DNA from: Magnetococcales bacterium | GTDB taxonomy: Bacteria > Pseudomonadota > Magnetococcia > Magnetococcales > UBA8363 | NCBI GenBank assembly: GCA_015228815.1 | Contig: JADGCV010000010.1 | Span: forward strand, 46,218-110,217 | Direction: 5' to 3' | Length of the DNA stretch: 64,000 nucleotides | Part shown: piece by piece, positions 7,794 to 15,639 of the stretch | Position numbering within the stretch: the stretch's first letter is position 1 | How the letters are laid out: each line of letters opens with the position of its first letter | Made by a program: the position numbers and the translations under genes | The notes under the pieces: model-generated | Told to the model about the DNA's origin: nothing | The model's database searches: none | The model's input: the letters and a program-made list of their open reading frames with translations, nothing else

Positions 7794-9032
7794 ATGGAAA
7801 CAATTCCAATCAGTAATATTTTAGTTGGGCACCGACTGAGGCGGATTTGTCCGAAGTCAGTGGAAACGCTGGCTCAGAGCATTGGCGAAATCGGATTGAT
7901 GAACCCGGTCATGGTAGTCGCCATAGGCGTGAAGGGTGGTCAGCAATACAAGCTGATTGCTGGCAATCACCGCCTGGAGGCGTGCAAGCAACTTGGGATG
8001 ACCGAGATCGCCGCCAACGTCGTTCCCATTCAGGATGATCTTGACCAGAAGCTGGCAGAGATCGACGAAAACCTTTGCCGGTGCGAACTGAATCACCTGG
8101 AGCGGGCAGAGCATCTGGCGGAAAGGAAAGATGTATACGAGAAAAAACATCCAGAGACAGCAAAAGGTAAAACTGGCGCGCGAAAAATGAACCAATATCT
8201 TGGCCGCGGTATCAACAAAGGTGAAGACGTAAACGAATTAAATTCGTTTACGTCGGATACTGCCCAAAAGACCGGTGCCACGGAGCGCAGCATTCAGAAG
8301 TCAATCCGCCGCGCCAGCAAGATCTCCAAACCAGTCCGGGACCTGATCCGCGATGTGGAGGAGATCGCCGACAACAGTCTGGAACTGGACGCCCTTGCAG
8401 GCATGGATGAAGCGCAACAGAAGGCGGCGGTACAGGCAGTTCTGAACGGAAAAGTCGGTAGCGTGAGAGAGTTTGCGCAACAACAAATGGTAAATAACAA
8501 AGGTGAAGACGTAAACGAATTAAATTCGTTTACGTCGGATACTGCCCAAGACACGATCAAGAAAGTTGGCGCGACGGGCATGTCTGGTAGCGGGAAACAG
8601 ACTGAGAACGAACTTGCTTCGTTCTCAGTTGATACCTCCGAAAAAACCGGCACGAAGGGACGCATTTTTCCGGCGTTTGTCACGGAACGCAGCATCCCAC
8701 CTTCCGTCCCATCTCCGACGTCATCCACCGATCTTTTGGACCAGATCGAGAAATGGAAGCAACGCGCCCTGCAAGCGGAAAATGAGTCCATCAACCTCCA
8801 GCATCGACTGGATGATATCGAACTGAATGGAGCCTTCGGCACGATCAGCCGTGGCGTGATTTTTCAAAAGTTGCTCGACGATCTGGAATTCGGCCTGAGC
8901 CTCAGCCCGGAAAGCTTCTACCCCCAAACACTGCACAATTTCCGCGAACGTTTTCTGCGCCTGATCACCGCTATCGAGCAGGTGTTGAGCGGAATCAATC
9001 AACCAATTCTTTCAAATGGAGAACAACCATGA
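7794..9032 (+). CDS. ParB/Srx-fold N-terminal domain protein
   Basis: 'VETLAQSIGEIGLMNPVMVV...YKLIAGNHRLEACKQLGMTEI' is the ParB-like nuclease/CTPase-fold signature. The gene contains the two 54-bp repeats listed next. Confidence 0.8.
   Translation: METIPISNILVGHRLRRICPKSVETLAQSIGEIGLMNPVMVVAIGVKGGQQYKLIAGNHRLEACKQLGMTEIAANVVPIQDDLDQKLAEIDENLCRCELNHLERAEHLAERKDVYEKKHPETAKGKTGARKMNQYLGRGINKGEDVNELNSFTSDTAQKTGATERSIQKSIRRASKISKPVRDLIRDVEEIADNSLELDALAGMDEAQQKAAVQAVLNGKVGSVREFAQQQMVNNKGEDVNELNSFTSDTAQDTIKKVGATGMSGSGKQTENELASFSVDTSEKTGTKGRIFPAFVTERSIPPSVPSPTSSTDLLDQIEKWKQRALQAENESINLQHRLDDIELNGAFGTISRGVIFQKLLDDLEFGLSLSPESFYPQTLHNFRERFLRLITAIEQVLSGINQPILSNGEQP
8214..8267. repeat. 54-bp repeat copy 1, containing a 29-bp perfect palindrome (8226-8254)
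   Basis: AACAAAGGTGAAGACGTAAACGAATTAAATTCGTTTACGTCGGATACTGCCCAA. Palindrome: GACGTAAACGAATT-A-AATTCGTTTACGTC. Confidence 0.9.
8496..8549. repeat. 54-bp repeat copy 2, containing the same palindrome (8508-8536)
   Basis: Identical to 8214-8267 by eye. Both copies are in frame and encode NKGEDVNELNSFTSDTAQ. Confidence 0.9.
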
Positions 9033-9511
9033 GTCAACCAATTACCATCAATCAAATGCTGCAGATGTCTCTGGGCGAAGTCGCCAGTTTGCCGGCATTG
9101 AGTCTGGTCCTTCTGCAACAGGAGATCGTTGAAATCATGACCCAGATCAAACTTGCCAAGGACATGCTGGACAACGCCATGGTCCGACGGTTCGGCGACC
9201 GGGCCGTTTCCATCCGCCAGGAGAGCGGCAAGGATTTCGGCATGATCCGTTTTCAGGATGGCGAAGTGGAAATCGCCATGGACGTGCCGAAGCGCCCCTC
9301 CTGGGATCAGGAGAAGTTGGCCGGGATCGTCCGGACCATCCGGGATGCCGGGGACGACCCTGGCCAATATGTAGAAATCAGCTTCGACATCTCTGAACGG
9401 AAATATTCCGCCTGGCCGGACAACATCCGCCGGGTGTTTGAACCGGCCCGTATGGTCAAGCCGGGCAAGGCATCCTTCAAGCTCACCGTCCGTGAGCAGG
9501 AGGCGGCGTGA
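9029..9511 (+). CDS. hypothetical recombination-module protein
   Basis: ATG 9029 follows GGAG. The stop overlaps the start of the Sak4-like ATPase gene. No motif recognised. Confidence 0.55.
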   Translation: MSQPITINQMLQMSLGEVASLPALSLVLLQQEIVEIMTQIKLAKDMLDNAMVRRFGDRAVSIRQESGKDFGMIRFQDGEVEIAMDVPKRPSWDQEKLAGIVRTIRDAGDDPGQYVEISFDISERKYSAWPDNIRRVFEPARMVKPGKASFKLTVREQEAA

Positions 9512-10383
9512 TGAGTAACAAACTTCCGATCATCACCGCCGACCAGCGCATGGCCGAACGGCGCGGCATCAAGGGGTGCATTTTCGGCAAGTCGGGCATC
9601 GGCAAGACCACGCTGCTGTGGAGCCTGGATCCGGAGACCACCCTGTTTTTCGACCTGGAGGCTGGCGACTTGGCTGTCGAAGGGTGGCCCGGAGACACCC
9701 TGCGCCCCCGCACCTGGGATGAAATCAGGGATTTTTCCGTTTTCATCGGTGGTCCCAACCCGGCCCTGCGCAACGACCAGTATTTCAGCCAGGCCCATTA
9801 CAACGCCGTCTGCCAGCAGTTCGGTGATCCGGCGGCGCTGAACAAATATCAGACGATTTTCATCGATTCGATCACCGTGGCCGGGCGACTCTGTTTCCAC
9901 TGGTGCAAGGGTCAGCCGCAAGCGTTTAGCGATAAAACTGGGAAGCCGGATCTGCGCGGAGCTTACGGTTTGCACGGCCAGGAGATGATCAACTGGTTGG
10001 TTCACCTTCAGCACACCAGGAACAAGAATATCTGGTTCGTGGGCATCCTCGACGAGAAAACCGACGACTTCAACCGCCGCTTCTTCGCCCCACAAATCGA
10101 AGGTGCCAAGACCGGCCTGGAACTGCCCGGCATCGTTGACCAAGTCATTACCATGACGGAACTTCCTGACGAAAACGGAAAACTGTACCGCGCCTTCGTC
10201 TGCCAAACCATGAACCCCTGGGGTCTGCCCGCTAAAGACCGCTCCGGTCGCCTGGCCATGGTGGAGGAACCCCACCTGGGCCGCCTCATGGCCAAGATCA
10301 GCGGTCCGGTGCGCCCCATCCATGAACGCCTTGAATACGGTCAACCGGCTCCCGCCGAGACCACCACCACTGCTTCCAACTGA
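9511..10383 (+). CDS. Sak4-like RecA-fold AAA ATPase
   Basis: Walker A 'GKSGIGKTTL'. Its size and its position next to a DUF669-like gene are typical of phage Sak4 recombination modules. ATG 9511 follows AGGAGG. Confidence 0.7.
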   Translation: MSNKLPIITADQRMAERRGIKGCIFGKSGIGKTTLLWSLDPETTLFFDLEAGDLAVEGWPGDTLRPRTWDEIRDFSVFIGGPNPALRNDQYFSQAHYNAVCQQFGDPAALNKYQTIFIDSITVAGRLCFHWCKGQPQAFSDKTGKPDLRGAYGLHGQEMINWLVHLQHTRNKNIWFVGILDEKTDDFNRRFFAPQIEGAKTGLELPGIVDQVITMTELPDENGKLYRAFVCQTMNPWGLPAKDRSGRLAMVEEPHLGRLMAKISGPVRPIHERLEYGQPAPAETTTTASN

Positions 10384-10403
10384 CGATACCAGGAGATTAC
10401 ACC

Positions 10404-11099
10404 ATGAATATGAACACTGCTTGGCAGGATTACAACGACGCCGACACCCAGAACAATTTCGACCTGATTCCCAAGGGGACCATCGCACCAGTGCGCATGA
10501 CCATCAAGCCCGGTGGCCTCGACGATCCCAACCAGGGATGGACCGGAGGCTACGCCACCCTCGCCAATAGAAGCGTCGCGGTCTACCTCAACTGCGAGTT
10601 CGTCATCACCGCCGGGGAATACGCCAAGCGCAAGGTCTGGAGCCTGATTGGCCTTCGCAGCCCCAAGGGGCCGGATTGGGGCAACATGGGCCGTACCTTC
10701 ATCCGCGCCATACTCAATTCCGCCCGGGGCCTGTCGGACAAGGACACCTCTCCCCGCGCCCTGGAAGCCCGTCGCATCCGTGGGTTCGTCGATCTGGATG
10801 GCATTGAGTTCCTGGCCAAGATTGACGTGGAAGAAGATGCCAACGGCAATCCGAAGAATGTGATCAAAGTTGCTGTCACCCCGGACATGAAGGAATACCA
10901 AGGGTTCCAGCCTTCTTCCACACCGGTGACCGCTACCACCACCCAGCAGGTTCCCGCCAGCCAGGGCGGGTGGCAACAGCCTCCTCAGCAACAGCAACCG
11001 GCCCAGCAGGGATGGCAACCGTCTCCGCAGAAACCGCCGCAGCAACAGCAACCGGCCCCAGCCCAGGGTATGCCGTCTCGTCCCCTTTGGGCGCAGTGA
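10404..11099 (+). CDS. DUF669-like (putative ssDNA-binding) protein with Q/P-rich tail
   Basis: N-terminal 'FDLIPKGTIAPVRMTIKPGG...' and the position directly after the Sak4-like gene. The C-terminal Q/P-rich low-complexity tail is as in phage SSBs. Confidence 0.55.
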   Translation: MNMNTAWQDYNDADTQNNFDLIPKGTIAPVRMTIKPGGLDDPNQGWTGGYATLANRSVAVYLNCEFVITAGEYAKRKVWSLIGLRSPKGPDWGNMGRTFIRAILNSARGLSDKDTSPRALEARRIRGFVDLDGIEFLAKIDVEEDANGNPKNVIKVAVTPDMKEYQGFQPSSTPVTATTTQQVPASQGGWQQPPQQQQPAQQGWQPSPQKPPQQQQPAPAQGMPSRPLWAQ

Positions 11100-11317
11100 T
11101 GATGAAACGGATCTCATGCCCTGTGTGCGAGGGCAAAGGATGTATCTCGTGCGCAGGGCATGGACGTATCTCGGTCGATTATGAATGTGAAGATTGTCGC
11201 GGGGCAGGTTGGGTTCGCATGCGCCTGGACCTGCCGCCATACCAATTCGGGTCGCGCACCCTGTGCAACTGTTATCGACCGCTGCGCGGAGCGGCCAAAA
11301 AAGCAAAGAGGTCATGA
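11099..11317 (+). CDS. small DnaJ-type zinc-finger protein
   Basis: 'CPVCEGKGCISCAGHG...CEDCRGAG' has CxxCxGxG repeats. The ATG overlaps the preceding stop (TGATG). Confidence 0.5.
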   Translation: MMKRISCPVCEGKGCISCAGHGRISVDYECEDCRGAGWVRMRLDLPPYQFGSRTLCNCYRPLRGAAKKAKRS

Positions 11318-11318
11318 A

Positions 11319-13004
11319 ATGCTGTTGAGACCCAGACAGGAACAGTTCGTGGAGCGGTCGGTGGCGGCCCTCCGCGAACACGGTAATACTCTGGCAGTTG
11401 CATTTACCGGATTTGGAAAAACTATAGCGCTTTCCGCCGTGGTGGGCCGCATGCTGACAGGCAGTGAAGGCAAGGCATGTATTCTGGCCCACCGTGATGA
11501 GTTGACCCGGCAGAACCTGACCAAGTTCAGCCGGGTCAATCCCGGTCTTTCCACCTCCGTGGTAGATGCGGAATCCAAGTCCTGGCGGGGACGGGCCACC
11601 TTCGCCATGGTGCCCACCCTGGCGCGGCAACGCAATCTGGACGCCATGCCGGATCTGGATCTGCTGGTGATCGACGAGGCGCACCATGCCACCGCCGACA
11701 GCTACCGGCGCATCATCGACGTCGCCCGGAACCGCAATCCGGATTGCCGCCTCTACGGAGTTACAGCCACGCCCCACCGGGGCGACAAAAAGTCGTTGCG
11801 TCCCGTCTTCTCCAACATAGCGGATCATGTCCGGCTGGGCGAGTTGATCCAGTCCGGGCATCTGGTCAAACCGCGCACCTTCGTTGTTGACGTCGGCACC
11901 CAGGAGGCATTGAAGAGCGTCAAGAAGACAGTGGACGACTTCGATATGGCCGAAGTCAGCAAGATCATGAACAAAGCCCCGATCACCGAGGCGGTCATCC
12001 GTCATTGGCGGGAAAAGGCCGGTGACCGTAAAACGGTAGTCTTTTGCTCCACCGTGGACCATGCCCGGAATGTCACCGACGCCTACAACGCCGCTGGCAT
12101 CGAGGCGGTGCTGATCCATGGCGACCTCGCCGACGGCGAACGCAAGGCCGCCCTGGCCCGGTTCGAAAAAGGTTCCGCCATGGTGGTGGTCAACGTGGCC
12201 GTCCTCACCGAAGGGTGGGACTACCAACCCACCTCGTGCGTGGTGCTGCTCCGGCCCAGCTCCTACAAATCCACCCTCATCCAGATGGTGGGCCGGGGCC
12301 TGCGCACCGTCGATCCCAATGAGTTTCCCGGGGTAGTCAAGATCGATTGCATTGTTTTGGATTTTGGGACTTCCAGCCTGTTGCATGGCTCCCTGGAGCA
12401 GGACGCCAATCTGAATGGCAAGACGTTCATCGGAAAGGCTCCCACCAAGCAATGCCCGAAGTGCCAGGCCATCGTTCCCCTGGCAACCATGGAATGTCCG
12501 CTATGCGGCCATGTCTGGGAATTGGAAAACGACATCGAAGACGACGCCGAACCCTTGGCCGAGTTCATCATGTCGGAAATCGACCTGCTCAATCGCTCCA
12601 GTTTTTTGTGGGTCGATCTCTTTGGCGACGACGCGGCGCTGATGGCCAATGGATTCACCGCCTGGGGCGGGGTCTTTTGCCTCAACGGGCGCTGGCATGC
12701 GGTAGGTGGCGCAAAGGGAGTCCCGGCCCGGTTGCTCTCCGTCGGTGAACGTATGGTGTGCCTGGCTGCCGCCGACGACTGGCTCAATGAACACGAAAGT
12801 GAAGACGGCGCTCATAAAACCAAGCGTTGGCTGCGGGATCCGCCCACCGAGAAACAGCTCCAATACCTTCCTGCGGAATACCGCCACGACCACGGACTGA
12901 ATCGATACCAGGCATCGGCTTTACTGACGTTTAAATTCAATAAGAAAATCATTCATGATCTGGTGTTTAGAACGGGAACACAACATCTGGAACAGGTCGC
13001 GTAA
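11319..13004 (+). CDS. SF2 DEAD/DEAH-box helicase
   Basis: Motif I 'FTGFGKT', motif II 'VIDEAHH', motif VI 'QMVGRGLR'. A C-terminal CxxC...CxxC zinc ribbon ('CPKCQAIVPLATMECPLCG'). Confidence 0.85.
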   Translation: MLLRPRQEQFVERSVAALREHGNTLAVAFTGFGKTIALSAVVGRMLTGSEGKACILAHRDELTRQNLTKFSRVNPGLSTSVVDAESKSWRGRATFAMVPTLARQRNLDAMPDLDLLVIDEAHHATADSYRRIIDVARNRNPDCRLYGVTATPHRGDKKSLRPVFSNIADHVRLGELIQSGHLVKPRTFVVDVGTQEALKSVKKTVDDFDMAEVSKIMNKAPITEAVIRHWREKAGDRKTVVFCSTVDHARNVTDAYNAAGIEAVLIHGDLADGERKAALARFEKGSAMVVVNVAVLTEGWDYQPTSCVVLLRPSSYKSTLIQMVGRGLRTVDPNEFPGVVKIDCIVLDFGTSSLLHGSLEQDANLNGKTFIGKAPTKQCPKCQAIVPLATMECPLCGHVWELENDIEDDAEPLAEFIMSEIDLLNRSSFLWVDLFGDDAALMANGFTAWGGVFCLNGRWHAVGGAKGVPARLLSVGERMVCLAAADDWLNEHESEDGAHKTKRWLRDPPTEKQLQYLPAEYRHDHGLNRYQASALLTFKFNKKIIHDLVFRTGTQHLEQVA

Positions 13005-13016
13005 CTCCAAGCAAAT

Positions 13017-13118
13017 GGCGTGGCTGGGCTAGGCGCAGCCTGGCACGGCACGGCACGGCACGGTTCGGCATGGCATGGCGTCGCAGGGCAAGGCACGGCA
13101 AGGCGCGGCAAGGCACGG
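13017..13118. repeat. degenerate pentanucleotide tandem array (GGCAN), about 20 units
   Basis: ggcgt ggctg ggcta ggcgc agcct ggcac ggcac ggcac ggcac ggttc ggcat ggcat ggcgt cgcag ggcaa ggcac ggcaa ggcgc ggcaa ggcac, read directly. It starts 13 nt after the helicase stop. Confidence 0.9.
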
Positions 13119-13369
13119 TTTTCAATAAGGCTATTACGTTCATGAACATCGTTTGGACCAGACAGCGTACCAACTGGCACGACCATCATCTGGGGTGGAT
13201 CTCCTTGCCACCGGGGGTGCGTTGCCACCGGGTCTGGTTGGAAGACTTGCTCCCCAGGGAGCGAGTCATCTTCGAGACCCTGCTCAAACGTCATCCTGGG
13301 CACCTCATCGTGCGCCTGGTGGGACGACACCGGGTTCTTTCGAGAAATCTACTGTTGGAGGTTCGCAAC

Positions 13370-13564
13370 ATGATGAATGCAACTGACCTTGAGAAGGAGG
13401 CGATGACCACCGCATTGCGCCCGTTGGGTGAATTCATCGCCAGCATCGGCATGCATCGCCCCCTGGCGGATTACAGCAAGGAAGAAGTGCTGAATATGAT
13501 TAAAGTAGTTATCTCCAGCTACCAGGACTACTTCCAAAAGCACAACGACGACATTCCATTCTGA
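13370..13564 (+). CDS. hypothetical small protein (64 aa)
   Basis: ATG 13370 lies 9 nt after GGAG (13357-13360). The upstream part of track ORF 13070..13564 runs through the pentamer array and was rejected. Confidence 0.45.
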   Translation: MMNATDLEKEAMTTALRPLGEFIASIGMHRPLADYSKEEVLNMIKVVISSYQDYFQKHNDDIPF

Positions 13565-13569
13565 AGGCG

Positions 13570-14229
13570 ATGGAAATGCAATCTGGAGCAAGCACAATGA
13601 TTCAGGTAGCTGCATTGTACGTCGAGACCAATGGCTCGTATTCAGGTCTTTCCAACGTTGATCTGTGGGATGAAGATCGGGACGCCAGGCTTTATAACGG
13701 CCCGTACCCGGTAGTAGCGCATCCACCATGTCAACGTTGGGGACGGTATTGGCACGGATCGCCAGCGAAACCGCATCAGTACTGCCAGGGAGACGACAAC
13801 GGCTGTTTCGCTGCGGCGCTGCATGCGGTGCGAATATATGGCGGGGTTTTAGAACATCCCGCTGACAGCCATGCTTGGCGATGGTTTGGTCTGAATCATC
13901 CACATCGGAAAGGTGGGTGGATCAGTGCTGACAAGGTAGGTGGCCTGACCTGCTGTGTCTGGCAGGGACACTATGGTCATTTCGCAGGAAAACCTACTTG
14001 GCTTTATACCCATGGGATCAATCCTCAGGATCTGATTTGGGGGCCGACGGAGCAGCGGATACATCCGGAAGCATTGAAGAAATACGGATATGAAAAAGCA
14101 CGCAGGATTGGGATGATGGCGATGGTTGGGGGTAGGGACAAAACACGGATACGCAATTCCACACCCCCTACGTTTCGAGATTTGTTGATTGGAATGGCAA
14201 GAACCGTCTCCGTGAGAACCAAACAATGA
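13570..14229 (+). CDS. C5-cytosine-methyltransferase-like protein (PPCQ motif)
   Basis: 'VVAHPPCQRWG' resembles C5-MTase motif IV (PCQ) and 'GGVLEHPADS' resembles motif VI (ENV). I could not recognise a canonical FxGxG SAM motif. Confidence 0.45.
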   Translation: MEMQSGASTMIQVAALYVETNGSYSGLSNVDLWDEDRDARLYNGPYPVVAHPPCQRWGRYWHGSPAKPHQYCQGDDNGCFAAALHAVRIYGGVLEHPADSHAWRWFGLNHPHRKGGWISADKVGGLTCCVWQGHYGHFAGKPTWLYTHGINPQDLIWGPTEQRIHPEALKKYGYEKARRIGMMAMVGGRDKTRIRNSTPPTFRDLLIGMARTVSVRTKQ

Positions 14230-14984
14230 TCGATTTCAATCATTGCGCTGCCTTCGGTGAGATCGTCACCGGTTTGATCGATACCGCACTGGTCGCCGAG
14301 GAAGCCGCCAGTCCACCCCGGCAATATCTGGGTGGCTCCCGGCTGGGCGTCGCCTGTGAACGAGCGTTGCAGTTTGAATACGCCGGTGCCCCCAGAGATC
14401 CGGGCCGGGGGTTCGATGGCAAGATCCTGCGAATCTTCGCCGCCGGGCATCTCTTCGAGGAACTGGCCATCCGTTGGTTGCGGGCCGCCGGATTCAACCT
14501 CGCTGTCCGAAAAAAGGACGGCGGCCAATTCGGCTTTTCGGTGGCCAAGGGGCGCATCCAGGGTCATGTGGATGGCATCCTGACCGGTGGCCCACTCGAT
14601 GTCCCCATGGGCTATCCCGCTCTGTGGGAATGCAAATCACTCAACGACAAATCCTGGAAGGATACCGTCAAGCGTGGGGTGGCCATTTCTAAACCGGTCT
14701 ACGCCTCCCAGATCGCCACCTATCAAGCCTATATGGAGACCGCTGTTCCTGGCATTACCGCCAACCCGGCTCTGTTCACCGCCATCAACAAAAACACCGC
14801 CGAGTTGCATTTTGAACTGGTCCCCTTCGACGCTGCCCTGGCCCAACGCATGACCGACCGGGCGGTGCGTGTCCTCCAGGCTACCGAGGCTGGTGAATTG
14901 TTGCCGCGCATCACCCGCGATCCCAGCCATTTCGAATGCCGCTTCTGCGACTGGCAGGACCGCTGTTGGAGGCTGACATGCTGA
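14226..14984 (+). CDS. PD-(D/E)XK (Cas4/RecB-like) nuclease with Cys cluster
   Basis: 'HVDGIL...LWECKSL' (D...ExK), 'YASQIATYQAY' (QxxxY), and C-terminal 'CRFCDWQDRC' plus an N-terminal Cys, as in 4Fe-4S Cas4-type nucleases. ATGA overlap with the upstream gene. Confidence 0.7.
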   Translation: MIDFNHCAAFGEIVTGLIDTALVAEEAASPPRQYLGGSRLGVACERALQFEYAGAPRDPGRGFDGKILRIFAAGHLFEELAIRWLRAAGFNLAVRKKDGGQFGFSVAKGRIQGHVDGILTGGPLDVPMGYPALWECKSLNDKSWKDTVKRGVAISKPVYASQIATYQAYMETAVPGITANPALFTAINKNTAELHFELVPFDAALAQRMTDRAVRVLQATEAGELLPRITRDPSHFECRFCDWQDRCWRLTC

Positions 14985-14992
14985 CGACCATT

Positions 14993-15280
14993 TCAGTTCG
15001 GAAGGGCATGGAGTTTGATCCCCATCGCCCGGATCACCTTCATGACGGTATCGAAACGTGGTTTCGCCCCTGGGGCGAAGACTTTGTAGAGACTTTCCCG
15101 GCCAAGCCCGGTGTTCTTGGCCAGTTGGGTCATGCCTCGTGCCTTGGCGATGTGGCCGAGTGCCGCAAGCAGCTCCTCCGTGTCGCCATCCGCCATGACC
15201 TGGGAGACGTATTCGGCAATCATCTCATCACTGTCCAGATATTGGGCGGGATCGAATGGTGTATATCCATCGGGATTCAT
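14993..15280 (-). CDS. higA: HigA-family addiction-module antidote protein
   Basis: 'LLAALGHIAKARGMTQLAKNTGLGRESLYKVFAPGAKPRFDTVMKVIRAMGIKL' matches the antidote family paired with HigB-type killers. AAGGAGG lies 8 nt upstream. Confidence 0.8.
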   Translation of the reverse strand: MNPDGYTPFDPAQYLDSDEMIAEYVSQVMADGDTEELLAALGHIAKARGMTQLAKNTGLGRESLYKVFAPGAKPRFDTVMKVIRAMGIKLHALPN

Positions 15281-15283
15281 TGT

Positions 15284-15574
15284 TCAAACCTCCTTGGCCA
15301 TGGTTTGAGCCAGAACGATATCTCGCCTTTGGGTGGATTTGTCGCCACCGCAAAGCAAGATGATTACGGTGCCACCACGCCGGACAAAATACAGTCGATA
15401 CCCGGGGCCATAGTCAACCCGCATTTCGAAGACACCCCCGTCAACCGGTCTCACGTCACCAAGGTTGCCCCTTTCAGCCCTGATCAACCGACGAAGAATC
15501 GCCGTCCTACCCCGAAGATCCTTCAAAGAGGAGAGCCACATACTAAATGTTGGAGATTGGATGATCGCGTTCAT
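15284..15574 (-). CDS. higB: HigB/RelE-family addiction-module killer protein
   Basis: 'FSMWLSSLKD...AILRRLIRAERGNLGDVRPVDGGVFEMRVDYGPGYRLYFVRRGGTVIILLCGGDKSTQRRDI' is the killer-protein family pattern. ATG 15574 is the first ATG; the track start is TTG. Confidence 0.8.
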   Translation of the reverse strand: MNAIIQSPTFSMWLSSLKDLRGRTAILRRLIRAERGNLGDVRPVDGGVFEMRVDYGPGYRLYFVRRGGTVIILLCGGDKSTQRRDIVLAQTMAKEV

Positions 15575-15639
15575 GGGGTGAATTGTATCTATGTAGATAC
15601 GAAAACGCAAGAGGCGGCAGGCCGCTTGGGAGAAGTGGC

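Noticed and set aside
10341-12452. Very long antisense ORFs: 10341..12452 (-) 703 aa, 15589..17229 (-) 546 aa, 38571..40544 (-) 657 aa, 44044..45762 (-) 572 aa, 9307..10488 (-) 393 aa, 30191..31315 (-) 374 aa.
   Set aside because: They lie opposite genes with clear motifs (helicase, primase-like, fibre, tape measure, ATPase, TerL). They are G/R/P/H-rich with no motifs, which is typical of shadow ORFs in GC-rich DNA.
13017-13118. Pentamer arrays (also 29622-29683 and 18232-18275) as CRISPR arrays or coding repeats.
   Set aside because: The unit is only 5-10 nt with no spacers. ORFs crossing the arrays (for example 12953..13330 -, 29300..29671 -) translate to low-complexity A/P/R strings.
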